This document shows, piece after piece, positions 1 to 10,112 of a stretch of 64,000 nucleotides of DNA. The stretch comes from Ignavibacteriota bacterium (GTDB lineage: Bacteria > Bacteroidota > Ignavibacteria > UBA10030), in contig CAVSHO010000001.1 in NCBI GenBank assembly GCA_963727825.1, positions 84,926 through 148,925 of the forward strand. The letters run 5' to 3'. The translations under genes were made by a program, and so were the position numbers. The notes beneath the pieces were generated by a model, which saw only the letters and a program-made list of their open reading frames with translations, searched no databases and was not told the origin of the DNA. The stretch's first letter is position 1, and each line of letters starts with the position of its first letter.

Positions 1-28
1 AACATTTCAATAAAAGGAAAAGACAGCC

Positions 29-1024
29 ATGAAAACAATTTTACAAGTTATCGCATGCTTTGCAATAGCGCTTTTTCTTTCAACTAGTACGGTATTGAGT
101 GCCAGTGGCAAACTCCCGGGTGAGACCCAAAAGAAAGAAAGAATAAAAAGCTCCGGGTGGATGGGAGTCATGATTCAGGATGTAAGCGAAAATATTGCGC
201 GAAAGGCAAAGCTCGACTCCGAAGAAGGCGCATACGTAAAGGATGTAATTGAAGACAGCCCAGCAGACTCCGCCGGAATTCGAGAGCGTGATATCATAAT
301 TGAGTTTAATGGAAAAAAAATATTTGATTCAGATGATTTAACGAAAATAGTACATCGAACTTTACCGGGAACGAAAGCAGACATTGTTATTGTCCGTGAT
401 GGTCAAAAGAAAACACTTGCATTAACTGTCGGCAAGAAAAAAGAATCAAAACATGAGATGTTTGGCGCGCTTCCCAATGTACCTGATGTGCATGTTTTTG
501 TAGGAAATCGCATCCTTGGACTGCAGCTTCTCACTCTCAATGAGCAGCTTGGTGAATATTTCGGTGTGCCGAATAATGAAGGAGTGTTAGTAGAGAAAGT
601 GGAAAGTGAAAGCGCTGCAGATAAAGCAGGCTTTAAAGCCGGTGATGTTATTATCCGGGTTGGAAATAAAGCAGTAGGCGAAGCGGAAAAAATTCAAAGG
701 GAACTTCGTAAATATGATGAAGGCGATAAAGTAGACTTTGAAATTATGCGAAAGGGAGTAAAAAAAGTATTGAGTGTAGAGATGGAAGAAGAGCAAATTG
801 TTCCGCCAAACTTCTTTTTCCGAAAGCCACACTTTCAGATGTTCCGAATAAATCCATTCGGTGAGGAAGAAATGCATTTGGATATAGATGAACTTAGGTC
901 TAACTTAAATCAAGTACAAATCGAGCTTAGGAATTCGATAAAAGATGATAAAATAATAAGCCATGAAATTCAAAGACCTGGAAGATGGTTTTTACTACCA
1001 TCAACTGAATCAATAATATTATGA
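29..1024 (+). CDS. Secreted/periplasmic protein with two PDZ domains (no protease domain seen)
   Basis: 331-aa ORF with a signal-like N-terminus (MKTILQVIACFAIALFLSTSTVLSASG). Two PDZ-like blocks (GAYVKDVIEDSPADSAGIRERDIIIEFNG and GVLVEKVESESAADKAGFKAGDVIIRVG) resemble the PDZ pair of HtrA-type proteins. Confidence 0.65.
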   Translation: MKTILQVIACFAIALFLSTSTVLSASGKLPGETQKKERIKSSGWMGVMIQDVSENIARKAKLDSEEGAYVKDVIEDSPADSAGIRERDIIIEFNGKKIFDSDDLTKIVHRTLPGTKADIVIVRDGQKKTLALTVGKKKESKHEMFGALPNVPDVHVFVGNRILGLQLLTLNEQLGEYFGVPNNEGVLVEKVESESAADKAGFKAGDVIIRVGNKAVGEAEKIQRELRKYDEGDKVDFEIMRKGVKKVLSVEMEEEQIVPPNFFFRKPHFQMFRINPFGEEEMHLDIDELRSNLNQVQIELRNSIKDDKIISHEIQRPGRWFLLPSTESIIL

Positions 1025-1056
1025 CCCCTTCCATATTTTTTATGCCTTAAAATGAT

Positions 1057-1096
1057 AATCCGGTGTGCCAATAATGGTAGCCGGATTTCTTTTATT
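1057..1096 (+). terminator. Possible rho-independent terminator after the PDZ gene
   Basis: AATCCGG (1057-1063) pairs with CCGGATT (1081-1087) and is followed by TCTTTTATT. The loop is long (17 nt), so support is only moderate. Confidence 0.3.
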
Positions 1097-1151
1097 GTTC
1101 GTCAAGCGTCTTGCCAATCTCCGAACCATAACGTACCTTTCATCGTGAACT

Positions 1152-2567
1152 ATGCCTGAAGCGTCTTTTCTTTTTTCTCAATATGGGCATGTTGTTGATT
1201 TGCTGCCCGAGATGGTGCTAATCCTGGATGATGAAAACAGGGTTCTCGACGCCAACAAAATAGCCGTCGATGAGCTGGGAGTGATTGTCCGACCATCGCA
1301 TCCAAAATATGTCTTCGATATAATTCCTGAAGATGAACGTACTGTTTTTAGAAACTTGTTTCCGTTTACCGACCAATTGAAATTTGAAACTAAATTTCGT
1401 AGGCGAGATAGATCGGTAATCGATGTTAGGGGGATGGTGCGGATCTTGCATTCGGGTCAAACGAAATACTGGGTGCTGGTGATGCGCGATGTAACAAAAG
1501 AAAAGCGGAAAGAACTAGATTTACTTCGTTTCTCCAATGTCATCCACAATACAATTAATCCTATACAGATCAGCGATGCAAATGGAACAATGGTGTATGT
1601 CAATCCGGCTTTTGAAAAAGTGACCGGTTATAGCAATACAGAATTGATAGGAAAGAATCCCAATATCTTAAACAGCCGTAAGCATAGCAAAGAATTTTGG
1701 TCTGGAGTATGGAAGCATATTATTTCGGGCAAAGTTTGGATAGGTAGAATTGAAAACCGGCGGAAAGATGGGAGTCCATTTTTCACAGAGCTTGTCATTT
1801 CGCCGATCGTTGATTCGCATGGCAAAATCGCGGGTTATCTTGGTGCGCACCGGGATATCACAGAACAAATTATTTTGGAGCAACAGCTTGTTCGTTCACA
1901 ACGTATGGAAAGTATCGGCACTCTCGCAGCCGGTATTGCGCACGAAGTTGGTAACCCGCTAACAGCTATTTCATCGCTAGTACAAGTCCTTCAGCGTACA
2001 AGCGTAGATGAATTTGCCAAAGAGAAATTAGAGTTAATCAATAGTCAAGTGAATCGTATTACCCGGATCATTCGTGAACTTGTAGATTTTTCGCGTCCAT
2101 CAACGCACGTTGTGAAACCGACGAATATCAACCGAATTGTCAAAGAAGCGCTGAACATTGTTCAGTATGGGAAAAAAGTTAAGGATATTACTTTTACTCT
2201 CGAATTGGATGAACAGCTTCCTGAGATTGCCGCAGTGCCAGATCAAATCGTTCAGGTTTTTATCAACATTCTAATGAATGCCGTGGATGCATTGGATGAA
2301 CGCCGTGGTACGATCACTGTTCGCAGTTGTAAGAACGATCATGCGGTTGAAGTGATAGTGCAAGATACAGGAAAAGGAATTGAGTCTTCAGCATTGGAAA
2401 AAATCTTCGAACCGTTCTATACTACAAAAACTACGGGCCAAGGCACGGGGCTTGGGTTATGGGTGAGTTACGGTATCGTAAAAAGTTTTGGCGGCGATGT
2501 GTTTGTGGAAAGTATTCCCGAAAAGGGAAGCACCTTCACCGTCTCGTTTCCCTGGAAAGGTATCTAA
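1152..2567 (+). CDS. PAS-domain sensor histidine kinase
   Basis: 471 aa with two PAS-like regions (VMRDVTKEKRKE, HRDITEQIILEQQL linkers). H-box AAGIAHEVGNPLTAI. HATPase motifs NILMNAVDA, QDTGKGI, GTGLGLW. Confidence 0.85.
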   Translation: MPEASFLFSQYGHVVDLLPEMVLILDDENRVLDANKIAVDELGVIVRPSHPKYVFDIIPEDERTVFRNLFPFTDQLKFETKFRRRDRSVIDVRGMVRILHSGQTKYWVLVMRDVTKEKRKELDLLRFSNVIHNTINPIQISDANGTMVYVNPAFEKVTGYSNTELIGKNPNILNSRKHSKEFWSGVWKHIISGKVWIGRIENRRKDGSPFFTELVISPIVDSHGKIAGYLGAHRDITEQIILEQQLVRSQRMESIGTLAAGIAHEVGNPLTAISSLVQVLQRTSVDEFAKEKLELINSQVNRITRIIRELVDFSRPSTHVVKPTNINRIVKEALNIVQYGKKVKDITFTLELDEQLPEIAAVPDQIVQVFINILMNAVDALDERRGTITVRSCKNDHAVEVIVQDTGKGIESSALEKIFEPFYTTKTTGQGTGLGLWVSYGIVKSFGGDVFVESIPEKGSTFTVSFPWKGI

Positions 2568-3928
2568 TGGCGCAACGTATATTAGTGGTTGATGATGAAC
2601 AAATAATACGTGAATCCCTCTCGTTCATTTTAAAGAAAGAAGGATATAATGTTGAAGAAGCGGCAAACGGTAAAGACGCATTAACGAAACATGAAGCAAA
2701 TCTATTCGATATCATCATCACCGATATTGAAATGCCTGAAATGAAAGGAGTCGATTTGCTGAAGCAAATTCGTCAGCGGACGCCACAAACATTGGTTGTT
2801 ATTATTACGGCATTTGGATCTGTCGAGACGGCAGTGCTTGCACTGCGCGAAGGCGCCGCGGATTATATTTTAAAGCCGGTTAACTTTGATGATCTGTTAT
2901 ACCGTGTGAAGAAGCTTTGCGATTACCATGCACTGATTGTCGAAAATTCTCTCTTACGTCGAGAACTTCAGCGCACCTATGATTTCGATCAAATTATAGG
3001 TCAAAGCACTCCGATGAAAAAAGTCTTCGAGGTAATTAAACGTGTTGCTCATAGCGAAGGTACTGTATTAATCACCGGTAAAAGCGGTACTGGAAAAGAG
3101 ATTGTTGCGCGAGCTATTCACTATAACAGTCCGCGACACGGAAAACGATTTTTACCTATCAATTGCGGTGCTATTGTTGACACATTGTTTGAAAGCGAGC
3201 TCTTCGGACACAAAAAGGGGTCTTTCACAGGTGCAACAGTAGACAAAGAGGGATTGTTGAAAGTTGCTGAAGGCGGCACGGTCTTCCTTGATGAAGTAAG
3301 TGAAATTCCAATTCAACTTCAGGTTAAATTGTTGCGTGCCCTTGAGCAAAGAGAAATTACACCTGTCGGCATGACGGAACCAATTAAAATTGATGTTCGA
3401 ATTATTGCCGCTACAAATCGAGATCTGCGCAAAGAGGTGGAGAATGGCAGGTTCCGCGACGATCTTTATTATCGTTTGAATGTTGTCGAAATCGATTTGC
3501 CGTCACTCAAGGAACGTCCTGACGATATTCCTATTCTTGCACAGCATTTTCTTGACATCTTTAAAAAGCAAATGAGCAAACCAATTCAGGGTTTTGCAAA
3601 CGAAGCTATGCGTGCATTGCTTCAGTACCAATGGAAAGGCGAAGTACGTGAGTTAGAGAATGTCATAGAGCGCGCAGTCATCTTTTGCGATGAAGAATTT
3701 ATCGGACTTGAACATCTTCCGGAATACATGAGACCTAAAGAAGATATTCCTTCAATTTCTTCCGGTCATGGGACACTCAAGGATGCAGTTAAAAGTTTTG
3801 AACGGCAATTCATTCAACAGACGCTATCAGCTTGCGCACAGAACAAGGAAGCAGCTGCCAAAGTTTTAGGTGTTAGTCTTTCTTCGCTCTATCGCAAATT
3901 AGAAGAACTACAAATACCGGTGCGCTGA
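2567..3928 (+). CDS. Sigma-54-dependent response regulator (NtrC family bacterial enhancer-binding protein)
   Basis: The start ATG overlaps the kinase stop (TAATG at 2565-2569). Receiver domain ILVVDDEQ...DIIITDIEMPEMKG. AAA+ Walker A GKSGTGKE, ESELFGHKKGSFTGA (GAFTGA-type loop), and a C-terminal HTH (AAAKVLGVSLSSLYRKL). Confidence 0.9.
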   Translation: MAQRILVVDDEQIIRESLSFILKKEGYNVEEAANGKDALTKHEANLFDIIITDIEMPEMKGVDLLKQIRQRTPQTLVVIITAFGSVETAVLALREGAADYILKPVNFDDLLYRVKKLCDYHALIVENSLLRRELQRTYDFDQIIGQSTPMKKVFEVIKRVAHSEGTVLITGKSGTGKEIVARAIHYNSPRHGKRFLPINCGAIVDTLFESELFGHKKGSFTGATVDKEGLLKVAEGGTVFLDEVSEIPIQLQVKLLRALEQREITPVGMTEPIKIDVRIIAATNRDLRKEVENGRFRDDLYYRLNVVEIDLPSLKERPDDIPILAQHFLDIFKKQMSKPIQGFANEAMRALLQYQWKGEVRELENVIERAVIFCDEEFIGLEHLPEYMRPKEDIPSISSGHGTLKDAVKSFERQFIQQTLSACAQNKEAAAKVLGVSLSSLYRKLEELQIPVR

Positions 3929-4103
3929 GTGGAATTTTCTATTTTTTCTCAAAAATATATTCATAAACGCCGGTTTATTTCTTCTGATTTGTAAGAAACC
4001 TGCGTAAAACGATTTCCTAAAACCTGCAAATTATGTAGAAATAGCAATGCTTACTTCGCACGATTAACCTTGATTTACTGAATCTTGTTGCCCTAATAAT
4101 TAC

Positions 4104-4119
4104 TGGCACATTCCTTGCA
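4104..4119 (+). promoter_or_regulatory. Sigma-54 (-24/-12) promoter
   Basis: TGGCAC(4104-4109)-attcc-TTGCA(4115-4119) is an exact match to the TGGCAC-N5-TTGCW core. It lies about 43 nt upstream of the ATG at 4161 and 176 nt downstream of a sigma-54 activator gene. Confidence 0.6.
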
Positions 4120-4160
4120 AAATATTTGTATAATTATCAATATTTACACGAGAGAAATAT

Positions 4161-4349
4161 ATGAAGTTACGGTGGTTTATTGTGGGAATCGTTGCCGTTG
4201 CAGCAGGTAGCATATTTATGATTAAACATTTAGTGGATAACAAGAAGACAGTTCTTCCTTTCGTTGATAACAACAATGAAAAGAGTTATGGCAAGTTCCC
4301 GCGTGAAATTCTTGAAACAGAATTTGATGACGCAGATTATTTAACATAA
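4161..4349 (+). CDS. Small predicted membrane protein (62 aa), function unknown
   Basis: It is the first ORF after the sigma-54 promoter. One hydrophobic helix (WFIVGIVAVAAGSIFMI). No recognisable family. Confidence 0.4.
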   Translation: MKLRWFIVGIVAVAAGSIFMIKHLVDNKKTVLPFVDNNNEKSYGKFPREILETEFDDADYLT

Positions 4350-4388
4350 CTCCGATATATAGGGCATCGAATAAGAGACGACTTTACC

Positions 4389-4811
4389 ATGTCCAATCAG
4401 ACTGGTATTATTTCGCAAGAAAAACCAAAGGTGGTAGTAGATTCTACCGTCTCCCGGAAGCGTGTGCTCGTTTTTAGCCCCGATGCGGATTTGGCACGAT
4501 TTCTTCTACTGAATCTCGAAGACAAGTTCCAGATTATACGCGAAAACCGATTGGAACACTTTAAACAAGCAGTCAAAGAAACTTTGCCAGATTTGATATT
4601 AGTCGATCTTTTCGCGTTTTCTACTGATATAATCAAGCAACTCGACATTGTACGCCGGATGGCAGGAATAGTTCCAATCATCGCATTACGCGCATATATG
4701 TCTCTTACACCTGAGATGAACAAATCAATTGATGATCTTACAAATGCGGTTTTTTATAAACCGGTCGACGTAGAACTTATTACGCAGGCCATTGAAGATT
4801 TGTTGAAATAG
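4389..4811 (+). CDS. Stand-alone receiver (REC)-like domain protein with a degenerate acidic pocket
   Basis: 140 aa with a CheY-like alternation: VLVFSPDAD (beta1, canonical DD replaced by S-P-D), DLILVDLFAF (beta3 Asp present), FYKPVD (beta5 Lys present). No output domain. Confidence 0.55.
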   Translation: MSNQTGIISQEKPKVVVDSTVSRKRVLVFSPDADLARFLLLNLEDKFQIIRENRLEHFKQAVKETLPDLILVDLFAFSTDIIKQLDIVRRMAGIVPIIALRAYMSLTPEMNKSIDDLTNAVFYKPVDVELITQAIEDLLK

Positions 4812-4925
4812 ATATATTATATATGTGTTCCAAGGTGACGATTGAATAATTGCAGGATTTTTGAGATCATAGTATTTGTACTAACTTATCTTATATTCTC
4901 ATAAAGCAATCTTGTAGGTATCCAC

Positions 4926-6053
4926 GTGAAAACTTATATTTTTGAACGCAGTGAACTTGATCATCTGGTTGAAATTCTAAAAAGTCGTAACTATAAAGTC
5001 ATTGGACCCGTCATTCGCGATGACGCAATAATTTACGATGAGTTGACAAATACAAAAGACCTTCCCATCGGCTGGACAGATGAACAGACAAATGGCATGT
5101 ACCGATTGAAAAATCGTGATGATGCCGCTGTGTTTGGCTGGACGGTTGGTCCACAGTCATGGAAGAAATTTCTTTTCCCGCCAATTCAAAAAATCTTTGC
5201 AACCCATAAAAGTACTAAAGGACTTGATCTCCCGAATTCGAAGAAACAACCATCACAAGAGTTGACAGCTACAAAATATGCTTTTTTGGGTGTTCGCCCC
5301 TGCGATTTAAGCGCGATCGCTATTCAAGATAAAGTATTTCTTGGTGGGCCTTTTATTGATCCGGTCTATGAACGAAAACGTTCTGGGAATTTTATTGTAA
5401 CGGTAAATTGCGGAAAAGCAGGCGGAACCTGTTTTTGCGCATCGATGGGCACTGGACCAAAAGCCGTAAAAGGATTTGATCTTGCACTGACCGAAATATT
5501 AGACAACAAGCGCCATTACTTTATTGCAGAAGTGGGGACTGAACTGGGTGGGGATGTTCTCAAGAGCGTGAAGTGTGTAAAGGCAACCGAAGAAAACATT
5601 GTAGCAGTCAACGAGATCTGCGAGAAGACCGTGAAACAAATGGGACGTTCACTCGATACATCCAATTTAAAAACTATTCTATATCAAAATTCCGAACACC
5701 CGCGGTGGGAACGAACTGCAGCGCGATGCCTTACCTGTGCTAATTGCACAATGGTTTGCCCAACCTGTTTCTGCGTTACTATAGAAGATGTGACTGATCT
5801 TGCAGGCACGCAGGCAGATCGTGTGCGAAAATGGGATTCCTGCTTCACACTCGACTTTTCATATATCCATGGTGGAAGTGTGCGTGCCTCTGCAAAAGCA
5901 CGCTACCGGCAATGGATGACACACAAACTGGCATCGTGGATAGATCAGTTCGGAACATCTGGCTGTGTCGGATGCGGCCGCTGTATTACGTGGTGTCCAG
6001 TCGGTATAGATATTACAGAAGAAACACGCGCAATTCGCGAAAATCAGTCGTAA
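4926..6053 (+). CDS. Group 3b [NiFe]-hydrogenase beta-like subunit (HydB/AsrA-like 4Fe-4S protein)
   Basis: GTG start, 375 aa. Cys clusters [42 protein letters not shown]. It is the first gene of a 4-subunit sulfhydrogenase-type operon. Confidence 0.8.
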   Translation: MKTYIFERSELDHLVEILKSRNYKVIGPVIRDDAIIYDELTNTKDLPIGWTDEQTNGMYRLKNRDDAAVFGWTVGPQSWKKFLFPPIQKIFATHKSTKGLDLPNSKKQPSQELTATKYAFLGVRPCDLSAIAIQDKVFLGGPFIDPVYERKRSGNFIVTVNCGKAGGTCFCASMGTGPKAVKGFDLALTEILDNKRHYFIAEVGTELGGDVLKSVKCVKATEENIVAVNEICEKTVKQMGRSLDTSNLKTILYQNSEHPRWERTAARCLTCANCTMVCPTCFCVTIEDVTDLAGTQADRVRKWDSCFTLDFSYIHGGSVRASAKARYRQWMTHKLASWIDQFGTSGCVGCGRCITWCPVGIDITEETRAIRENQS

Positions 6054-6082
6054 GGAATTACTATAATTAAAGGAAAAGTGCT

Positions 6083-6544
6083 ATGGAAGATCTGAAAGAT
6101 ATTCTTGCAAAACATCCGTTCTTTAAAGGATTCAATGAAGAGTATTTTGCACTTATAGTCGGTTGTGCATCGAATATACGCGCCAACGCTGGTAAGATGA
6201 TTCTTCGAGAAGGTGAAGAAGCAAATCATTTCTACCTCATTCGTTCGGGAAAAGTGACGCTCCAATTGATGACGCCAAATAAAGGGCCGATCATTATTGA
6301 AACATTGAGTGAGGGAGATATTCTCGGCTGGTCGTGGCTTGTGCCACCATATACTTGGCACTTCGATGCAAAGGCATTGGAACTCACACGCATGATCGCC
6401 CTTGATGGGAAGTGCTTGCGTAATAAGTGCGAGAATGATCATCACCTTGGGTACGAATTGTTAAAACGCTTCGCTGACATAATGACGAAACGACTGAATT
6501 CTACACGCTTACAACTTCTGGATATTTATGGCGACCGATCCTGA
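6083..6544 (+). CDS. Stand-alone cyclic-nucleotide-binding (cNMP/Crp-type effector) domain protein, no DNA-binding domain
   Basis: 153 aa with [14 protein letters not shown]...[19 protein letters not shown]...GDILGWSWL, typical of cNMP-binding beta-barrels. It ends 17 nt after the next ORF's start codon. Confidence 0.8.
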   Translation: MEDLKDILAKHPFFKGFNEEYFALIVGCASNIRANAGKMILREGEEANHFYLIRSGKVTLQLMTPNKGPIIIETLSEGDILGWSWLVPPYTWHFDAKALELTRMIALDGKCLRNKCENDHHLGYELLKRFADIMTKRLNSTRLQLLDIYGDRS

Positions 6545-7397
6545 ATTGCTATCACTCAAATTGGATTACAAACGGAATCCAATGCTTCCATGGCCGTTTC
6601 AAATCCGGCGGGTTAAGCATGAAACGGAAGACACATTCACCGTTGAATTACAACCTCTGGGCGCTTTGGAGGAGTTTGCGTTTCAGCCGGGACAGTTCAA
6701 TATGATTTATGTACATGGAGTCGGTGAAATTCCGATTTCAATCAGCGGCGATCCTGCAAATCCACGTACACTTGTGCATACAACACGCGCAGTTGGCACT
6801 GTAACGAAAGCAATGGATAAAATGCGGCGCGGAGACATTTTAGGTATTCGCGGTCCGTATGGAACACCATGGCCTGTGGATCAAGCAATCGGATTGGATG
6901 TCGTTTTCGTTGCCGGCGGTATAGGGCTGGCACCATTACGACCAGCATTATATGAGGTCGTTGCCCACCGTGAGCAATACGGAAAAGTAGTATTATTATA
7001 TGGGACACGCACACCCTTAGATGTTCTTTTTCGGCAAGAACTGGAGAACTGGCGTGCACGCTTCGATTTAGAAATTTATGTTACAGTTGATCGAGCGATG
7101 AGCGGCTGGCGCGGCAATGTTGGAGTAGTGACGAATCTTATTTCCCGTGCGCCATTTAATCCGCGTAATACGATGGCATGCGTCTGCGGTCCGGAAATTA
7201 TGATGCGGTTCACAGCAATGGAACTGCACAAGCGCGGTGTCGATAATGAACGCATTTTTGTTTCAATGGAGCGTAATATGAAATGTGCTATCGGCTTGTG
7301 CGGTCATTGCCAGTTCGGATCGGTCTTTGTATGTAAAGATGGGCCTGTCTTTCAGTATAGTAAAATCAAGGATATGCTGGTGAAATGGGAAATTTAA
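6528..7397 (+). CDS. Group 3b hydrogenase gamma-like subunit (HydG/AsrB-like FAD/NAD(P)-binding, 2Fe-2S)
   Basis: 289 aa with a ferredoxin-reductase-type fold ([21 protein letters not shown]) and C-terminal [12 protein letters not shown]. The start could alternatively be Met at 6582. Confidence 0.8.
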   Translation: MATDPELLSLKLDYKRNPMLPWPFQIRRVKHETEDTFTVELQPLGALEEFAFQPGQFNMIYVHGVGEIPISISGDPANPRTLVHTTRAVGTVTKAMDKMRRGDILGIRGPYGTPWPVDQAIGLDVVFVAGGIGLAPLRPALYEVVAHREQYGKVVLLYGTRTPLDVLFRQELENWRARFDLEIYVTVDRAMSGWRGNVGVVTNLISRAPFNPRNTMACVCGPEIMMRFTAMELHKRGVDNERIFVSMERNMKCAIGLCGHCQFGSVFVCKDGPVFQYSKIKDMLVKWEI

Positions 7398-7413
7398 TAT
7401 AAAGAGCACGAAG

Positions 7414-8229
7414 ATGCCCACTAAGAACATAAAGGCTCTAAAAATGGCTGCCAAGAAAATGCGTAAGCCGAAACTTGCTGTTTGGAAATTTTCTTCATGC
7501 GATGGATGTCAGTTAAGTTTGCTCGATTGTGAAGACGAACTGCTCGCCATCACCGAGCACTTAGAGATCGCTAACTTCGTAGAAGCGTCACGCGCAGTAG
7601 TGAAAGGTCCATATGACGTTTCACTTGTGGAAGGCTCTATCACTACGCCACACGATGCCGAGCGCATCCACCAAGTGCGGCGGCAGTCGAAAGTTCTCAT
7701 TACCATCGGAGCATGCGCGACGGCAGGAGGCATACAAGCGCTTCGCAACTTCAAGGATGTGAAACAATTCATCGCGATGGTTTATGCCAACCCGAAATAC
7801 ATCGAAACGCTAAATAAATCTACACCTATTGCAGATCATGTCTTTGTTGATTTTGAGTTACGCGGTTGTCCGATCAATAAGCATCAATTGGTGGAAGTCA
7901 TTAATGCATATCTCAACGGTCGTAAACCAAATACACCGGCATATGCCGTGTGCATTGAATGCAAACGGCGCTTTATCACTTGCGGATTGGTGTCGCACGG
8001 TCCAACATGCCTCGGTCCGGTCACGCAAGCAGGCTGCAATGCATTATGTCCATCATACCACCGTGGCTGCTTTGGTTGTTATGGACCAAAGGAAACACCA
8101 AACACATCTGCACTTAGCACATACTGGAATTCACTCGGTGTAAAAGATGATGAACTAGTACGTTTGTTCCGCGGATTCAATGCTTATGCTGAAGCATTCC
8201 GGAAAGAAAGCGAAGCACATGAAAAGTAA
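7414..8229 (+). CDS. Group 3b [NiFe]-hydrogenase small (delta) subunit
   Basis: NuoB/20-kDa-like [19 protein letters not shown], plus distal Cys clusters ([26 protein letters not shown]). Confidence 0.85.
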   Translation: MPTKNIKALKMAAKKMRKPKLAVWKFSSCDGCQLSLLDCEDELLAITEHLEIANFVEASRAVVKGPYDVSLVEGSITTPHDAERIHQVRRQSKVLITIGACATAGGIQALRNFKDVKQFIAMVYANPKYIETLNKSTPIADHVFVDFELRGCPINKHQLVEVINAYLNGRKPNTPAYAVCIECKRRFITCGLVSHGPTCLGPVTQAGCNALCPSYHRGCFGCYGPKETPNTSALSTYWNSLGVKDDELVRLFRGFNAYAEAFRKESEAHEK

Positions 8230-9508
8230 GACCATAAAAGTTGATTACCTTGCCCGCGTAGAGGGCGAAGGCGGATTATTAGTGAAAGTCAGCGGAAATA
8301 AAGTTGCCGATGTCAAATTCAATATCTTTGAGCCGCCAAGATTTTTTGAAGCATTTCTCCGCGGCAGACATTACAGCGAAGCGCCGGATATTACCGCGCG
8401 CATTTGCGGCATTTGTCCTGTTGCATACCAAATGAGTTCCGTTCATGCGATGGAAAACGCTTTTGGTGTTAGGGTAGACGGACAGCTCCGGGCGCTCCGC
8501 CGATTATTATATTGCGGTGAATGGATTGAAAGTCATGCACTGCACATTTTCATGCTGCACACACCGGACTTTCTCGGTTACGCCGATGTGATTCAGATGG
8601 CAAAAGATCACGGTCCCGTTGTTCAAATGGCGTTAAAGATAAAAAAGGTCGGCAACGATATCGTTAATCTTATCGGCGGGAGGGAAATTCATCCGATCAA
8701 TGTTCGAGTTGGCGGCTTCTACAAATTACCGACGAAGCAAGAACTTGAAACATTAGTCGAGCGATTAAAGTGGGCAGTGGATTCATCCATTCAGACTGTG
8801 AAATTTGTTGCCAAATTAACTTTTCCTGACTTTGAGCGTCCGTACGAATATGTCGCATTGCGCCACGAGAAGGAATATCCATTTAATGAAGGACGGCTTT
8901 TTTCCAACAAGGGACTGGACATCGAGATTAATGAATATGAGAACCATTTTATGGAAGAGCACGTCTCACACTCCAACGCACTTCACTGCATTTTAAAAGA
9001 ACGCGGTGCGTATTTCGTCGGACCGCTGGCGCGTTATAACCTGAACTTCGATAAACTTACATCTGCCGCGCAAGATGCCGCAAAGTCGGCAGGTATCGGA
9101 AAAGGGACAAATAACCCGTTCAAGAGTATCATCGTGCGATCAGTGGAGATGCTCTACGCCTGCGAAGAAGCGTTGCGCATTATAAAAGAGTATGAAATGC
9201 CAGAGAAAGCGGCAGTGGATATTCAACCAAAACTCGGTACCGGATATGGTTGTACCGAAGCACCAAGAGGTATCCTCTATCACCGATACCGTTTAGATGA
9301 GCGAGGGATTATTCTCGACGCAAAGATCGTTCCACCTACATCACAGAACCAGAAGACTATCGAACAGGACTTGCGAGAATTCGTTCCGCCACGCTTGCAT
9401 CTTTCACAAGAGAAACTTACTTGGCAATGTGAACAAGCAATCCGGAATTATGATCCGTGCATTTCGTGTGCAACCCATTTCCTGAAGCTTGAGATCGAAG
9501 ACGAATAA
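8219..9508 (+). CDS. Group 3b [NiFe]-hydrogenase large (alpha) subunit
   Basis: ATG at 8219 overlaps the small-subunit stop by 11 nt. L1 motif ARVEGEGG (like Pyrococcus sulfhydrogenase ARVEGKGG), [10 protein letters not shown], and C-terminal DPCISCATH followed by a short tail (protease substrate). Confidence 0.9.
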   Translation: MKSKTIKVDYLARVEGEGGLLVKVSGNKVADVKFNIFEPPRFFEAFLRGRHYSEAPDITARICGICPVAYQMSSVHAMENAFGVRVDGQLRALRRLLYCGEWIESHALHIFMLHTPDFLGYADVIQMAKDHGPVVQMALKIKKVGNDIVNLIGGREIHPINVRVGGFYKLPTKQELETLVERLKWAVDSSIQTVKFVAKLTFPDFERPYEYVALRHEKEYPFNEGRLFSNKGLDIEINEYENHFMEEHVSHSNALHCILKERGAYFVGPLARYNLNFDKLTSAAQDAAKSAGIGKGTNNPFKSIIVRSVEMLYACEEALRIIKEYEMPEKAAVDIQPKLGTGYGCTEAPRGILYHRYRLDERGIILDAKIVPPTSQNQKTIEQDLREFVPPRLHLSQEKLTWQCEQAIRNYDPCISCATHFLKLEIEDE

Positions 9509-9623
9509 CACAGAGACACATCCGATATGAATGCGATTGAACACAGCGACAGTGAAAATTTTTATTATTCTTACAATTGATAGCTGAAATGTATTCATTC
9601 ACGAATAAAGCAGGAGGTGGTGT

Positions 9624-10112
9624 ATGGCGAAGCTTGATGATGTGATTGATTACTTAAAGCACAACAACGTACAGTATGAGGTGATTGAGCACCCCCCAGC
9701 ATTTTCTGCGCACGAAGTTGCTGTTGTTTCACATGTGCCGGAAAAAGATCTGGCAAAAACTCTAATTGTTAACGCCGACGGAAAATATTATATGGTTGTG
9801 ATGCCTGCTGACCACAGATTAGATGATCATTTGCTGCACGATGTACTAAAGTCGAAACATGTTCATCTTGCATCCGAAGAAGATTTACGGCAGATTTTTC
9901 CAGATTGTGAAGTTGGTGCTATGCCGCCGTTTGGAAATCTCTACGCCTTACCGGTGTATGCCGATAAATCGCTGGCAGATGATGATGTGATTGTCTTCAA
10001 TGCATGTTCGCACATAAGATCTATTCGCCTTAAAATGTACGATTTCCTGCGATTAGTGAAACCTGTCGTTGCGGAATTCTCACAGACGCGATTCGAGATA
10101 AAAGAACCATAA
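9624..10112 (+). CDS. YbaK/EbsC-type (aminoacyl-tRNA deacylase-like) domain protein
   Basis: 162 aa. The layout (YEVIEHPPAFSAHEVA...KTLIV...VVMPADHRLD...GAMPPFGN) resembles the YbaK/ProX trans-editing domain. Its stop overlaps the next start (TAATG at 10110-10114). Confidence 0.55.
   Translation: MAKLDDVIDYLKHNNVQYEVIEHPPAFSAHEVAVVSHVPEKDLAKTLIVNADGKYYMVVMPADHRLDDHLLHDVLKSKHVHLASEEDLRQIFPDCEVGAMPPFGNLYALPVYADKSLADDDVIVFNACSHIRSIRLKMYDFLRLVKPVVAEFSQTRFEIKEP

Noticed and set aside
2459-2566. N-terminal extensions of the tracked ORFs at 2459, 8180, 12112, 14204, 14719, 25338, 30351, 41203, 49879 and 52236.
   Set aside because: In each case an internal ATG gives the canonical family N-terminus (for example MCLAIPG for HypC). 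These ATGs usually have a Shine-Dalgarno-like purine run or a stop/start overlap. The extensions overlap the preceding gene or begin at TTG/GTG.
3996-4027. Direct repeat AAACCTGC (3996-4003 and 4020-4027) upstream of the sigma-54 promoter, considered as an activator binding site.
   Set aside because: It is only 8 nt long and a direct rather than inverted repeat. It cannot be distinguished from chance without comparative data.
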